64,000 nucleotides of DNA from an uncultured delta proteobacterium (lineage in GTDB: Bacteria; Myxococcota_A; Polyangia; Polyangiales; Polyangiaceae). The stretch is from NCBI GenBank assembly GCA_963850305.1, contig CAWKKR010000008.1:992001-1056000 (forward strand). The letters run 5' to 3'. Both the position numbers and the translations under genes were made by a program. This document shows, in pieces, positions 1 to 8,781 of this stretch. How positions within the stretch are numbered: position 1 is the first letter of the stretch; every line of letters starts with the position of its first letter. The notes under the pieces are model-generated. The model was not told the DNA's origin and made no database searches. It was given only the letters and a program-made list of their open reading frames with translations.

Positions 1-9
1 GCATCGACG

Positions 10-357
10 ATGGTTGCGGTCGACCCGTTTTCGTTCTGCCTGATGATCCTGATCCCTGGGCTTATCCTGGGCGCGGTCGTCATCACACTGCTTCGGTCGC
101 TAAAGCAGCTCCATCGTCCAAAGAACCGCTCAGGCTGGGCCCGACCTGCGCTCCTCGGATGCTTGTCCGCTCTGGCGGCTGCGTTCTGCTTCGGCGGCGC
201 CGTCATGGACGGGTCGTTTGCGGTTGCGGGCGTCACGCCGGCTGCGTCGCGAGAATACGTGGCTCGCTCTGATCTCTGGTTCGTAGGCGCTTGCGTCCTG
301 GCGCTCGCGGCTTGCGTCTTCTTTGTCTTCGCCTGGCGCCGCCGCCACTCGACGTGA
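10..357 (+). CDS. Cassette 1: small membrane protein (about 3 TM helices)
   Basis: Hydrophobic 115-aa ORF ending just before attC at 393. Confidence 0.7.
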   Translation: MVAVDPFSFCLMILIPGLILGAVVITLLRSLKQLHRPKNRSGWARPALLGCLSALAAAFCFGGAVMDGSFAVAGVTPAASREYVARSDLWFVGACVLALAACVFFVFAWRRRHST

Positions 358-392
358 GAACCTTTGCCTTTGACAGGCCCGTGTCGAATGCT

Positions 393-476
393 GCCTAACT
401 AGCCGCTGAACCTGACGGTCGCCGGCGGTCGCTTTGCTCCCTCTGGCGCCCGCAGGTTAGCGCCACTACGTTAGGC
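393..476 (+). repeat. attC site 1 (short family A, 84 bp)
   Basis: GCCTAAC tagcc GCTGAACCTG ... CAGGTTAGC gccactac GTTAGGC. Confidence 0.95.
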
Positions 477-485
477 AGACCGGGG

Positions 486-821
486 ATGTCGTTACAGCTG
501 CGCAGCGACCAGGTGAGGGGCTTCGCTATCGCGACCGGCGTCTTGTCCCTGGTCGTCGCGCTACTTCAGATTGGTTTCGCTCACCCTCTAGCCCTGATCG
601 TCATCTGGCTCCTTGTCGCACTCGGCCCAGTCGGCGGATGGATCGTGGCCGTCGACCAGCATGCGTTCCCGTCGGCATTCCAACTACTCGTGCCCGCGAC
701 GGTGCTCTGCGCGGCGCCATTCGGGCTCTACGTCTGGCGCCACGGCTTCGGTTGGCTCGCGCTCTCCTGCGTTTTCTGGATCGCAACCGGTTGGGTGCTT
801 GCGGTCGGAATTTGGACGTGA
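486..821 (+). CDS. Cassette 2: small membrane protein (about 4 TM helices)
   Basis: Hydrophobic ORF starting about 10 nt after R' and filling the cassette. Confidence 0.75.
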   Translation: MSLQLRSDQVRGFAIATGVLSLVVALLQIGFAHPLALIVIWLLVALGPVGGWIVAVDQHAFPSAFQLLVPATVLCAAPFGLYVWRHGFGWLALSCVFWIATGWVLAVGIWT

Positions 822-833
822 CTGTCGAGGGCT

Positions 834-958
834 GCCTAAACTAACTAGCCGCTGAACCTGACGGGCGCGGTGGCGACCCGCGAGCTCGCGTGGCGCGCGG
901 GTCGATGCTCGTCCTGCGCGTGACGTTGCGCCCGCAGGTTAGCGCCAGTACGTTAGGC
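834..958 (+). repeat. attC site 2 (family B) with 5-nt insertion in R''
   Basis: GCCTAA-A-CTAACTAGCCGCTGAACCTG...CAGGTTAGCGCCAGTACGTTAGGC. Confidence 0.9.
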
Positions 959-999
959 AGACATTGGCTAGGCGCCGCCGCTCGATGTAGGAAGACGTT

Positions 1000-1332
1000 G
1001 TGCTGCTACCAAACGGGGATGGCGCCATCGTCGCCGAGTCGAAGATCAGAGACTACTTGCTCTCGTCGTCGCATCCGGTCGGTCGATTCAAGGCGGCGTT
1101 CTTCGCGGCGCTGGGTTTCTCGAGCGATAACTGGGAGGTGCTCCGCGACGCGCTCCTCGCGATCGCCGTCTCCGGGGACGCTGTTCCCGGCCAGCAGAGC
1201 GCGTTCGGGCAGAAATTTGAAGTTCGTGCTACTTTGACCGGGCCGTCTGGACGCCGCGCTGAGATCGTCACGGTTTGGATGGTGCCGGCTCAGCATGATT
1301 TTGCGCACTTCGTCACAGCCTTCCCCGCGTGA
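1000..1332 (+). CDS. Cassette 3: DUF6883-like protein (putative toxin/nuclease)
   Basis: KIRDYLL..HPVGRFKAAFF..LGF, FGQKFEV and TVW motifs typical of this family; overlaps the next gene. Confidence 0.7.
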   Translation: MLLPNGDGAIVAESKIRDYLLSSSHPVGRFKAAFFAALGFSSDNWEVLRDALLAIAVSGDAVPGQQSAFGQKFEVRATLTGPSGRRAEIVTVWMVPAQHDFAHFVTAFPA

Positions 1333-1568
1333 ATGAAATGTTCAACATCCTAGACACCGTTGTCCTCGATCGTGATTTGCCGGAGCACGGGCTGCGGCGC
1401 GGAGATCTCGGTGCCGTCGTCGACGTGTTCGCCCCAGACGGGCTTGAGGTCGAGTTCGTCATGGCGTCCGGGCGTACGCAGGCGCTGCTTACTCTGCGAA
1501 CCAGTGATGTGAGAGCCGTTGGCGACCGGGATCTCATCGCAGTACGTGAGTTGAAGCGGACCGCTTGA
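1329..1568 (+). CDS. Cassette 3: DUF4926-like SH3-fold protein (putative partner/antitoxin)
   Basis: LDTVVLDRDLPEHGLRRGDLGAVVDV..EVEF..G.TQAL pattern. Confidence 0.75.
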   Translation: MNEMFNILDTVVLDRDLPEHGLRRGDLGAVVDVFAPDGLEVEFVMASGRTQALLTLRTSDVRAVGDRDLIAVRELKRTA

Positions 1569-1574
1569 CGTGCT

Positions 1575-1658
1575 GCCTAACTAGCCGCTGAACCTGACGG
1601 TCGCCGGCGGTCGCTGCGCTCCCCCTGGCGCCCGCAGGTTAGCGCCAGTACGTTAGGC
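1575..1658 (+). repeat. attC site 3 (family A)
   Basis: Near-identical to attC 393-476. Confidence 0.95.
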
Positions 1659-1664
1659 AGACGA

Positions 1665-1970
1665 GTGGACTCCGAGACGCGACTTCGACGCCTTGCGAGT
1701 GTGGTTCAGACCAAACTCGACGAGTTGTATCGAGCGCCGAACGCTGCGCTCGCGGGGTCCGCACTGGACCAAGCGGGACTGCGCAATGGGTTCGAAATAG
1801 TCAGCGACTATGTCGATCACCGCGAGCAAGGTGTTGCGTTCGAGCATCTCCTCTACATGATTACTGAGCCCGGTTTGGTGTTGGACACCGCCGAGTTTCG
1901 CGATCTTGTTTCGATCGGGCGCAGCCTTGGGTTCGCCGAGACTCGCTGGGAACGTATTCGGCAAACGTAG
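1665..1970 (+). CDS. Cassette 4: MafI-like immunity protein
   Basis: IVSDYVDHREQGVAFEHLLYMI resembles the MafI-family 'xxE.GxAfe.l' motif; fills the cassette. Confidence 0.55.
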   Translation: MDSETRLRRLASVVQTKLDELYRAPNAALAGSALDQAGLRNGFEIVSDYVDHREQGVAFEHLLYMITEPGLVLDTAEFRDLVSIGRSLGFAETRWERIRQT

Positions 1971-1985
1971 CCCTGATGCCGAGCT

Positions 1986-2131
1986 GCCTAACTAGCCGCT
2001 GAACCTGACGGGCGCGTTGGCAACTCGATGCCCCGAGCGGCGGGTTCGCTTCGCGCCCGCCGCTCGCTTCGCCGCGCCATCACCGTCGTCCTGCGCGTTG
2101 CGTTGCGCCGGCAGGTTAGCGCCGGTACGTT
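1986..2131 (+). repeat. attC site 4 (long family B), R' split after GTT by the IS701 fragment
   Basis: GCCTAAC...CAGGTTAGCGCCGGTAC GTT; the rest of R' (AGGCAGAC) resumes at 3463. Confidence 0.9.
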
Positions 2132-3462
2132 CATGCGGCACGGGTAGGTTGCTCCTGCGGGCATCGCGAAGGTGGATGTGGCTGGTGACAGAGGGGGCAG
2201 CGCGGGAGCCAGCGGGCGAGGAAGAGGGCGATGGCGAGGCGAGCGGTGATGAAGGAGTCGGCGAAGTGTCGCTCAGGCCGCGACGGAGATCTGACCGTCT
2301 CGACTGCGCCCTCCGGCCGAGGGGGGAAAAGCGCTGACGCGCTCGGATATGACGAAGGCGTAGCAACATAAGACGACGGAGATGTGGTGATGCCAGCCGG
2401 TGAACGAGCGACCTTCGAAGTGGTCGAGTGCGAGTTCGCCCTTCAGGTCCTCGTACATGCGTTCGGTGCGCCAGCGTTCCTTGAAGATCCGGACGATCTG
2501 CTTCCGGCTCATGCGTCGCGGCAGCGTGGTGAGCGTGAATTTCGTGGGCTTTGTTTCGCCATCGAGCCACTCGGCGACGAGCCAGAGCGGCTCGTGGTCG
2601 GCCAGGGTGAGCCCGTCGTCATGCGTCGTCTTCACGCGCACGAAGCAGAAGTGCGAGATCAGTTTTGCCTTCGAGCCATGACGCCAGGTCACTTTGCGGA
2701 ACGCTTTTCGACCGAGCGCATCCGCCAATTCCAGAGCGGTCATCGCGTCCCCGCGCGCTCGGTCCAGACGATCGAGTCGCACCACGCGCAGGCTCGACGG
2801 GATGCCAACGCCGAAGTCGAATCCCATCGACCGGCTCGCGTTTCTGAACTCCGAGCTCGCGCCGTACGCACCGTCGGCCAGAACGATGTTGCCCGGGATC
2901 TCGGCGAGCTTGGCGCGCTCGATCATCTCGATGGCAAGCTCGATCTTGGTCTTGAACGTGACCGCATCGGGAATTCGCGCCTTGGCACGAAGGGCGGCTT
3001 CCGTTGCCCAGTTCTTGGGGAGATAGAGCTCGAAATCGAGTGGGATCTGCTCGCTGCTCGTCGCCACCGCGAGGCTGACCCCGACCTGGCAGTTCGTGAC
3101 CTTGCCCGCCGATCCAGTGTATTGGCGCTGCACGCCCACGGAGTGCGAGCCTTGCTTCAGGAAGCCCGTGTCGTCGACGATCCATGTCGTCACGGGTTCG
3201 CGCTTCTGCACGGCGTCGATTGCGTACCGAGCGGCCTCGAGGCGTACGGCACGATCATCCCATTCGCTTCGGCCGAGGAAGTAGCAGAGCTTGCTGTGCA
3301 CGTTGTTCGTCTGGCTCGGGTCGGCGCACGTTCTGGCCGCGATCGGCTCGGCGCTCTTGCGCTCACCGTCCCCCAGGATCCCGAAAGCGTACATCGCGAA
3401 CGACTCTCGCTTCCGCCAGTCCTTCAGGTGAGTGCCGACGCGGCCGAAGAACTGCTCGAGTC
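2132..3462 (-). mobile_element. IS701-family element remnant lacking both ends
   Basis: DDE transposase motifs IVDDTGFLKQGSHSVGVQRQYTG..GKVTNCQ, ADGAYG, RWRTE..Y.DLKGELALDHFEGRS..GWHHH; C-terminal RPERHF...LPRCPLC tail in the +1 frame after TTTTCCCCCC (2321-2330). Confidence 0.9.
2273..3460 (-). pseudogene. IS701 transposase, 5'-truncated
   Basis: Open frame continues upstream of Met 3394 (LEQFFGRVG...) up to the junction at ~3462 with no start codon. Confidence 0.8.
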
Positions 3463-3688
3463 AGGCAGACGCAGCGATCGCCCGCGCGACCTTCAGCGGC
3501 AGTTCGATCTCCGCAAAGCGATCCGCTTTGTAAAGGTAGTCCTCGCCCGACTCGTCCACCACGCGGATGAGACCCGGCCCTTCGGCGCCCTCGTCACCCA
3601 GGGCAACGTAGATCTTCTTCCGCTCAAGCGCGCCTTCGTAGCCCTTGTTCTTCAGGCATACGACGTATCTTCTTTTCGCGCGTGGCAT
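3461..3688 (-). CDS. Cassette 5 (reverse): conserved small protein, putative antitoxin
   Basis: VCLKN.GYE..LERKKIY...IRVVDESGEDYLY; coupled to the upstream gene; stop codon lies at the R' position. Confidence 0.75.
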   Translation of the reverse strand: MPRAKRRYVVCLKNKGYEGALERKKIYVALGDEGAEGPGLIRVVDESGEDYLYKADRFAEIELPLKVARAIAASA

Positions 3689-3924
3689 CAGGACTCCGTC
3701 AAAAAGCGCTTCACCTTCATCAGCACACGACCGACTCCGTGTGCCTCGTACCAGTGCACTTCCGCAATGCGGCGTTTCCCATCGAACTCGACTTTAGCAA
3801 TCCCCTTGAGCTTGCGCCATCGGCCAGAACCGTATCGCTTTCGGAGCATCGCGAGATCCCGGATCCCGCGCCCGGCCGCGATGGTCTCAACGTCCCGAAT
3901 CTCTCCGATGATCCTGAAGTCCAC
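3688..3924 (-). CDS. Cassette 5 (reverse): conserved small basic protein, putative toxin
   Basis: VETIAAGRGIR...YGSGRWRKLKG...AEVHWYEAHGVG; GTG start at 3924 with GGAG upstream. Confidence 0.75.
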   Translation of the reverse strand: MDFRIIGEIRDVETIAAGRGIRDLAMLRKRYGSGRWRKLKGIAKVEFDGKRRIAEVHWYEAHGVGRVLMKVKRFLTES

Positions 3925-3973
3925 CGCTCGCGTCTCCCTCGCCACCGTAGCGGATCGCGAACTGCGTGGCGCT

Positions 3974-4124
3974 GCCTAACTAGGCGTTGAACCTGCCGGG
4001 CGCTCCTTCCGCCCTGCGAGCCCTCGCAGGGTTCCCCTTCGGGTCCCCGCTCGCGATGGCGCATCTGCATCGTCGTCCTTCGCCGCTACGTTTGCGCCCG
4101 CAGGTTAACGCCGGTACGTTAGCC
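3974..4124 (+). repeat. attC site 5 (long family C with GGGTTCCCCTTCGGGTCCCC inner hairpin)
   Basis: GCCTAACTAGGCGTTGAACCTG...CAGGTTAACGCCGGTACGTTAGCC. Confidence 0.95.
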
Positions 4125-4141
4125 AGACTGAAGGTCACTCC

Positions 4142-4513
4142 ATGTATGGCGTTCGGAAGGATCTCGATCTCGCGCCTTTCGTTGGGTCGACGTTGAACCA
4201 GGTCGCGATCGGGCCGCATGATCTTCAGTTGCATTTCGATCGCGCGGATCCGGCGGACGGTTCGGCCTCCCTGTCCATCTGGGGCCGATTCGAGGTTCGG
4301 GATCGCGATGGCTCGATTCTGGAGGCCGGCACTCCCTCCGACACGCGCACCCGGTACCTGCAAGATCTGGTTGGTACCGTCGTGTCGTCGGCGACAGCGG
4401 AACCGCCTTCCGCGATCGTCCTCGCCTTCCGATCCGGCCGCTCCGTGCGTGTTGTTGATGACACCGACCAATACGAGTCCTTCGCGATCGAACCCGGCAA
4501 CGTGATCGTGTGA
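4142..4513 (+). CDS. Cassette 6: DUF6188-like hypothetical protein (possible immunity protein)
   Basis: LQDLVGTVV..A.......L.F.SG..V.V......YESF.I pattern; fills the cassette. Confidence 0.55.
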   Translation: MYGVRKDLDLAPFVGSTLNQVAIGPHDLQLHFDRADPADGSASLSIWGRFEVRDRDGSILEAGTPSDTRTRYLQDLVGTVVSSATAEPPSAIVLAFRSGRSVRVVDDTDQYESFAIEPGNVIV

Positions 4514-4519
4514 CGGGCT

Positions 4520-4638
4520 GGCTAACTAGCCGCTGAACCTGACGGGCGCGGTGGCGACCAGCGAGCTCGTGTTGCGGACGGTTCGACGCTGGGCCTCCGT
4601 GTGGCGTTGCGCCCGCAGGTGGCGCCGGTACGTTAGGC
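4520..4638 (+). repeat. attC site 6 (family B, damaged L' box)
   Basis: GGCTAAC...CAGGTGGCGCCGGTACGTTAGGC. Confidence 0.9.
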
Positions 4639-4680
4639 AGACTCGTTTGGCTCCAGCGCGCTGTGTGCTAGATTCTCGCC

Positions 4681-4905
4681 ATGTCGCTCCGAGCTCGCGT
4701 TCACAACGGTCGACTGGTTCTGGACGAACCGACGTCGTTGCCCGAGGGTACCGTGCTCGACCTCGTTGCCGACGATCAGGACGACGACCTGACTCCTGCC
4801 GAGCTCGCTGAGCGAGACGCCGCGATCACGAAGGCGTGGCAGTCTGTCTTGCAGGGTCAAGGGCGGCCGGCGTCCGAAGTTCTCGCCGATCTCCGCCGTC
4901 GTTGA
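4681..4905 (+). CDS. Cassette 7: putative antitoxin
   Basis: Small protein with acidic middle and GRPASEVLADLR C-terminus; TGATG-coupled to a RelE/ParE toxin. Confidence 0.75.
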   Translation: MSLRARVHNGRLVLDEPTSLPEGTVLDLVADDQDDDLTPAELAERDAAITKAWQSVLQGQGRPASEVLADLRRR

Positions 4906-5213
4906 TGTTGCCGGAGCCGATCGTCGCGCCCGAGGCGGACGCGCAGATTCAAGAGATCGATGTGTGGTGGCGCGCAAATCGCCCCGCTGCCCCTGACTTG
5001 TTTCGGGAGGAGCTTACCGGCGCCTTTCTCTCGATTCGCACGCTCCCACAGATGGGTCGTCCCATCCGTCACCATCGAGTCAAAGGCCTGCGTCGCGTCG
5101 TGCTCCGCGCGACGCGGTACCACGCCTACTATGTCGTGCATCGCAACGCGATCTTCATCCTCGCGATCTGGAGTGCCGTGCGCGGCTCCGGTCCTCCGCT
5201 CACCGCGGGCTGA
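4905..5213 (+). CDS. Cassette 7: RelE/ParE-family toxin
   Basis: APEADAQIQEI..WW......F.EEL.......PQMGR...RRVVL....YHAYY.....ILAIW; ATG at 4905. Confidence 0.8.
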   Translation: MLPEPIVAPEADAQIQEIDVWWRANRPAAPDLFREELTGAFLSIRTLPQMGRPIRHHRVKGLRRVVLRATRYHAYYVVHRNAIFILAIWSAVRGSGPPLTAG

Positions 5214-5222
5214 CGGCACGCC

Positions 5223-5297
5223 GCCTAACTCACGGTTGCAGCGGACGGGCAGCTCGCTTCCGCTCGCCGTCCGCCGCTGAACCGTTGTACGTTAGCC
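5223..5297 (+). repeat. attC site 7 (short family D, 75 bp)
   Basis: GCCTAACTCACGGTTGCAGCGG...CCGCTGAACCGTTGTACGTTAGCC. Confidence 0.9.
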
Positions 5298-5346
5298 GGA
5301 CGAGGCGACTGCTAGCACGCGCGCCGTCCTCTGGTAGAGTTCCGTC

Positions 5347-5586
5347 ATGGACGCTGATCAGCTGCTTCGCGAGGCCATGCGTTTGCCACCTGAGGCGCGG
5401 GCGAAGCTTGCCGGAGAGCTCATCTCGAGCCTGGATGATTCCGCCCCAGATTCCGATCGCGATGTTGCGTGGGCCGCCGAGATCCGCCGCCGCATCGACG
5501 CCTACGACGCGGGCGAAGTGATGGCCGTTCCTGCTGATCAGCTTCTCGCGGATCTGAGGGCGATCTCGAGTGGCCGTACTTCTTGA
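5347..5586 (+). CDS. Cassette 8: addiction-module antitoxin (TIGR02574-like)
   Basis: AMRLPPEARAKLA..LISSLD....AWAAEIRRR...Y.AG motif. Confidence 0.85.
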   Translation: MDADQLLREAMRLPPEARAKLAGELISSLDDSAPDSDRDVAWAAEIRRRIDAYDAGEVMAVPADQLLADLRAISSGRTS

Positions 5587-5869
5587 CGTTCTTCCGGCTG
5601 CAGCCGAAGAAGCACGCGAGGCAGCCCAATGGTACGCAGCACGCAATCTCGCGGCTGCCGCCGGATTCGAGCTCGAGATTCGCCGCGCCTTCGCTGAGAT
5701 TGCTGCAGCGCCAGAGCGTTGGCCGGTGCATCTTGAAGGGACACGCCGATTCCTGCTCGATCGATTTCCGTATGAAGTGGTCTATCAATCGCGAGCAGAC
5801 CGCGTCCTCGTGATCGCGATCGCTCACTGCAGACGACGACCGGGTTACTGGCGCGAGCGCGCCGGCTAA
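5570..5869 (+). CDS. Cassette 8: ParE-family toxin
   Basis: AAQWY....F..E.....PERWP...RRFLLDRFPY.VVY...VIAIAH.RRRPGYW; stop lies in attC R''. Confidence 0.85.
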   Translation: MAVLLDVLPAAAEEAREAAQWYAARNLAAAAGFELEIRRAFAEIAAAPERWPVHLEGTRRFLLDRFPYEVVYQSRADRVLVIAIAHCRRRPGYWRERAG

Positions 5870-6017
5870 CAAGGCGTTGAACCTGCCGGGCGCTACTGGC
5901 TTTCTGCAAGCCCTCGCGGGGGTTCCCCTTCGGGTCCCCCGCTCGCGATTGCCCGTCTGCATCGTCGTCCTCCGCGCACCGCGTTTGCGCCCGCAGGTTA
6001 ACGCCGGTACGTTAGAC
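5864..6017 (+). repeat. attC site 8 (family C)
   Basis: GGCTAACAAGGCGTTGAACCTG...CAGGTTAACGCCGGTACGTTAGAC. Confidence 0.95.
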
Positions 6018-6401
6018 AGAGCTGATTCATCCGACCATTCTGGTTGTCGGAAGTAAGAATGATCCTGAGCTCGCGTGCTTTTCGGAGTGAGAGATGGCGA
6101 CCTGTGAGCTCGCAGGCTGTTGGGTTTTCTGGCTGGAAAGGCCTTTCCGACCTGGGAGCTGGCGACCTGCCGTGTTCCATACAGACGTCGCGACGGCGCC
6201 TGCGAGCCGTATCGTGCTTGCCGGCGTCCTCGATTTGGTCGGGCGAGCTGATGCGTCTCGGCGAGCTGCATGCGCTTCTGCTCGCCGAGAGGCTCCAGAG
6301 GTCTGACCATTGACTGCTGGCGCTGTCGCGTCCCGCGAAGCAGACCGCATCCTGCCGCGGAAACAGGCGTTCCGAGAGAGTCGCGCGAGCCTGGCCCGCC
6401 T
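6018..6401. other. Cassette 9: ORF-less (non-coding) cassette
   Basis: Intact boundaries (GTTAGACAG...CTGTCTAAC) but no ORF filling it; homologous to 9442-9683. Confidence 0.7.
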
Positions 6402-6540
6402 GTCTAACTAGCCGCTGAACCTGACGGGCGCGGTGGCGACGTGAAGGGCGAGCGGCCTCGCTGCGCTCGGTCGCCGGCGAGTTGCGGGGCTTGTCCTCCG
6501 CGTGACGTTGCGCCCGCAGGTTAGCGCCAGTACGTTGGGC
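6402..6540 (+). repeat. attC site 9 (family B)
   Basis: GTCTAACTAGCCGCTGAACCTG...CAGGTTAGCGCCAGTACGTTGGGC. Confidence 0.95.
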
Positions 6541-6581
6541 AGACGAACTCGTGTCGGCTTGAAGCGTTGCACGCCGTTGCT

Positions 6582-6935
6582 CTATCGCTGATCGAGAAAG
6601 TCAGGCGAGGCGATGAGGTTGCGACGGCGGAGCGGTTCGGGGCCGGCTCGTCTCGCAAGCTCGCGTGTGCGGGGCATTGACTCGAGGCCCGGGTCGAGAA
6701 AGAGCGGTTCGACCTGACCCCCGATCGACGAGGTCCACGGCGGGGCGGACTTACCGTCGCGGGAAGCTAGGAGCTCTGCCAGCGCAGCGGCGACGACCAT
6801 CTCGCGCGGCGTCAACCCGAGCGGGCGATCGCATCGATCCCATTCCAGATTCACTCGACGCGCATCGGCGACCCATTGGCGCGCAGCCAAGAGATCTCCC
6901 GCGAGGACTGCTTGAACGAGGTTACGGAGCTCCAT
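6582..6935 (-). CDS. Cassette 10 (reverse): partner protein of the nucleotidyltransferase
   Basis: MELRNLVQ...AAALAELLA.R....PPW....P.FL........P.PLRRRN; start overlaps the restored NTase 3' end. Confidence 0.7.
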   Translation of the reverse strand: MELRNLVQAVLAGDLLAARQWVADARRVNLEWDRCDRPLGLTPREMVVAAALAELLASRDGKSAPPWTSSIGGQVEPLFLDPGLESMPRTRELARRAGPEPLRRRNLIASPDFLDQR

Positions 6936-7457
6936 GATGAATTGACTCCCACAGATCATGAAGCGCGTACGACGCCTTGTCCAGCTGCGGCGGCGGCACG
7001 AATGGCTCCAGGCGAGTCCAGACCTCTTGAATTGATCCTTCGATTTGCGAGAGCAAGAGTCGAGCGTCGGCCCGGTCGATAGCGTCGTAGCGTCGCGCCA
7101 GGCGGCGAGCTTCATGGCCAGAAGCTGTTCCATCGGTGCCGCGCGTGCGAGCAAAGCATCGGACTCGTACAGGACCGCGCCTCCGGTGACGCTGGTCATG
7201 AAACCTTTGGCCCCGTCGTTCAGCCAGTCCTCAGGCAGGTCGAGGCCCTCGGCGACACGCGCGGCGGCTGCACGGAGTTTCGACGCTTCTGGCGCAAGGA
7301 AGTACGCATCTACATCTTTCGTCGTTTCTCTCGCATTGAACAGGAGAACGAGTGCGGCTCCCCCGACGACCACGATTTCCCCGCGCTCGCCCACCGCTGC
7401 AAGTTCCTCGGACAGCGCGTCGAAAGCCGTTTTGATCTTCGCGGCGGAGAGGAGCAC
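6922..7457 (-). pseudogene. Cassette 10 (reverse): DUF6036/AbiEii-like nucleotidyltransferase, frameshifted by an 8-bp duplication
   Basis: VVGGAAL....RETTKDVD, WLNDG, LLAMKL. Removing one TAGCGTCG copy (7080-7095) restores WRDAIDRADARLL...HHGAP*. Confidence 0.8.
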
Positions 7458-7491
7458 GTCCGAGAACGTATCACGGCCCGTCCTTGTCGCT

Positions 7492-7566
7492 GCCCAACTC
7501 CGCGTTGCAGCTGACGAGTCCCTCGCATACGCTCGGGCCTCGCAGCTGAACGCGCGAACGTTAGCC
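7492..7566 (+). repeat. attC site 10 (short family E)
   Basis: GCCCAACTCCGCGTTGCAGCTG...CAGCTGAACGCGCGAACGTTAGCC. Confidence 0.9.
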
Positions 7567-7616
7567 GGATGCATCCTCACGGCGTGCATTTGCGACCGGT
7601 GCTATCGTTCTTCACG

Positions 7617-7865
7617 ATGTCGACCGAAGAACTGCTCGCCCAGGTCCTCCGGCTTCCGCGAGCCGAACGTGCGCGCGTGACGAGCGAACTCCTCTCGAGT
7701 TTGGAGGAGCCCGAAGATATCGTCTCGCAGGCTTGGGCCGCGGAACTGGAGCGCCGATCTCGTGAGGTAGCAGAGGGAACCGTGCAGGCGGTGGACTGGG
7801 AGCACGCGAGACGCGACCTCCTTTCCGAGCTCAAGGCGCGACGTGCGGCTCGTAGTTCATCCTGA
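7617..7865 (+). CDS. Cassette 11: addiction-module antitoxin
   Basis: LRLPRAERARV..LLSSLE....AWAAELERR...G.V..VDW; paralogue of 5347-5586. Confidence 0.85.
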   Translation: MSTEELLAQVLRLPRAERARVTSELLSSLEEPEDIVSQAWAAELERRSREVAEGTVQAVDWEHARRDLLSELKARRAARSSS

Positions 7866-8165
7866 AGCCACGCTGGAAGTTCGCGCAGCAGCGATCTGGT
7901 AGGACGATCAGCGCGACGGCCTAGTCTAGGCGACGATCTGATCCTAGAGTTTGATCGTGGAATCGAAGCCATCCTCCGTCGGCCTGCATCCTTTCCACTT
8001 TGGACAGGGGTTCGCGGGAGCCCGATCCGGAAATTCGTGATCGATCGATTCCCGTACTCGATCGCTTTCGAGATCCATCCCGATCGCTTGGTGATACTCG
8101 CCTTCGCCCACGCAAAGCGCCGACCGCTGTACTGGCTGTCGCGACTTGATGCGGGCCCCGGCTAA
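7843..8165 (+). pseudogene. Cassette 11: ParE-family toxin, inactivated
   Basis: In-frame TAG at 7900 (W-stop where W-Y is expected) plus CTAG-T-CTAG insertion at 7921-7929; downstream frame reads DRFPYSIAF...LAFAHAKRRPLYW. Confidence 0.85.
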
Positions 8166-8310
8166 CTAGGCGTTGAGCCTGTCGGGCGCTACTTCCGTCC
8201 TGCAAGCCCTCGCGGGGTTCCCCTTCGGGTCCCCCGCTCGCGGTGCCGCATCTGCATCGTCGTCCTCCGCGCTGCGTTTGCGCCCGCAGGTTAGCGCCAG
8301 TACGTTAGGC
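8160..8310 (+). repeat. attC site 11 (family C)
   Basis: GGCTAACTAGGCGTTGAGCCTG...CAGGTTAGCGCCAGTACGTTAGGC. Confidence 0.95.
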
Positions 8311-8318
8311 AGACTCGA

Positions 8319-8702
8319 ATGCACTTGGGACTACGCCTCCTCTTCTCAGCGGTCTTGCCCATTGCGGCTGCCGGATGCGGTACGAGTGTGTCTGTCCCTG
8401 ACACTCACTACCCACCGTATAACCACCCCGTCTTCCTCACGAAGGATCTACCTCCGGAAGGAGCGCAGGTCGAAGTCATCGGTCGGATCGAACTCCGACG
8501 TGGTTGGTACGCTTCAATGGATCCACTGCTCGACGAGTTGGTGGACCGCGCGCGCCAGGTGGGCGCAGACGGAGTCGTGCAGCTTCGAACGGGTAGAACC
8601 GTCACCCCTTTCGCGTGGGCGGTACCATATGCGGAGGGGCTCGCGGTGCGCTCGCAGGGTTTTGACTATCGGAGCTCCGGCATGGTTGGTCAGTGGCGCT
8701 AG
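8319..8702 (+). CDS. Cassette 12: lipoprotein (YbjQ-like fold possible)
   Basis: Signal peptide with AAGC lipobox; L..RARQVGADGVV motif. Confidence 0.7.
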   Translation: MHLGLRLLFSAVLPIAAAGCGTSVSVPDTHYPPYNHPVFLTKDLPPEGAQVEVIGRIELRRGWYASMDPLLDELVDRARQVGADGVVQLRTGRTVTPFAWAVPYAEGLAVRSQGFDYRSSGMVGQWR

Positions 8703-8781
8703 GGCACCATGCGTCCCCGGAAGTTCGAGTCGCCACGGGACGATCCATTGGCGCGCGCAAATCCAAACACGCGACGTCGCT

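Noticed and set aside
2384..3979. 531-aa plus-strand ORF and many other long overlapping ORFs
   Set aside because: These are antisense or alternative-frame shadows of real genes, expected at this GC content; they carry no motifs.
6094..6306. 70-aa ORF (MATCELAG...) as the gene of cassette 9
   Set aside because: The homologous copy at 9528 stops after 18 codons and the frames are not conserved. A short peptide cannot be fully excluded.
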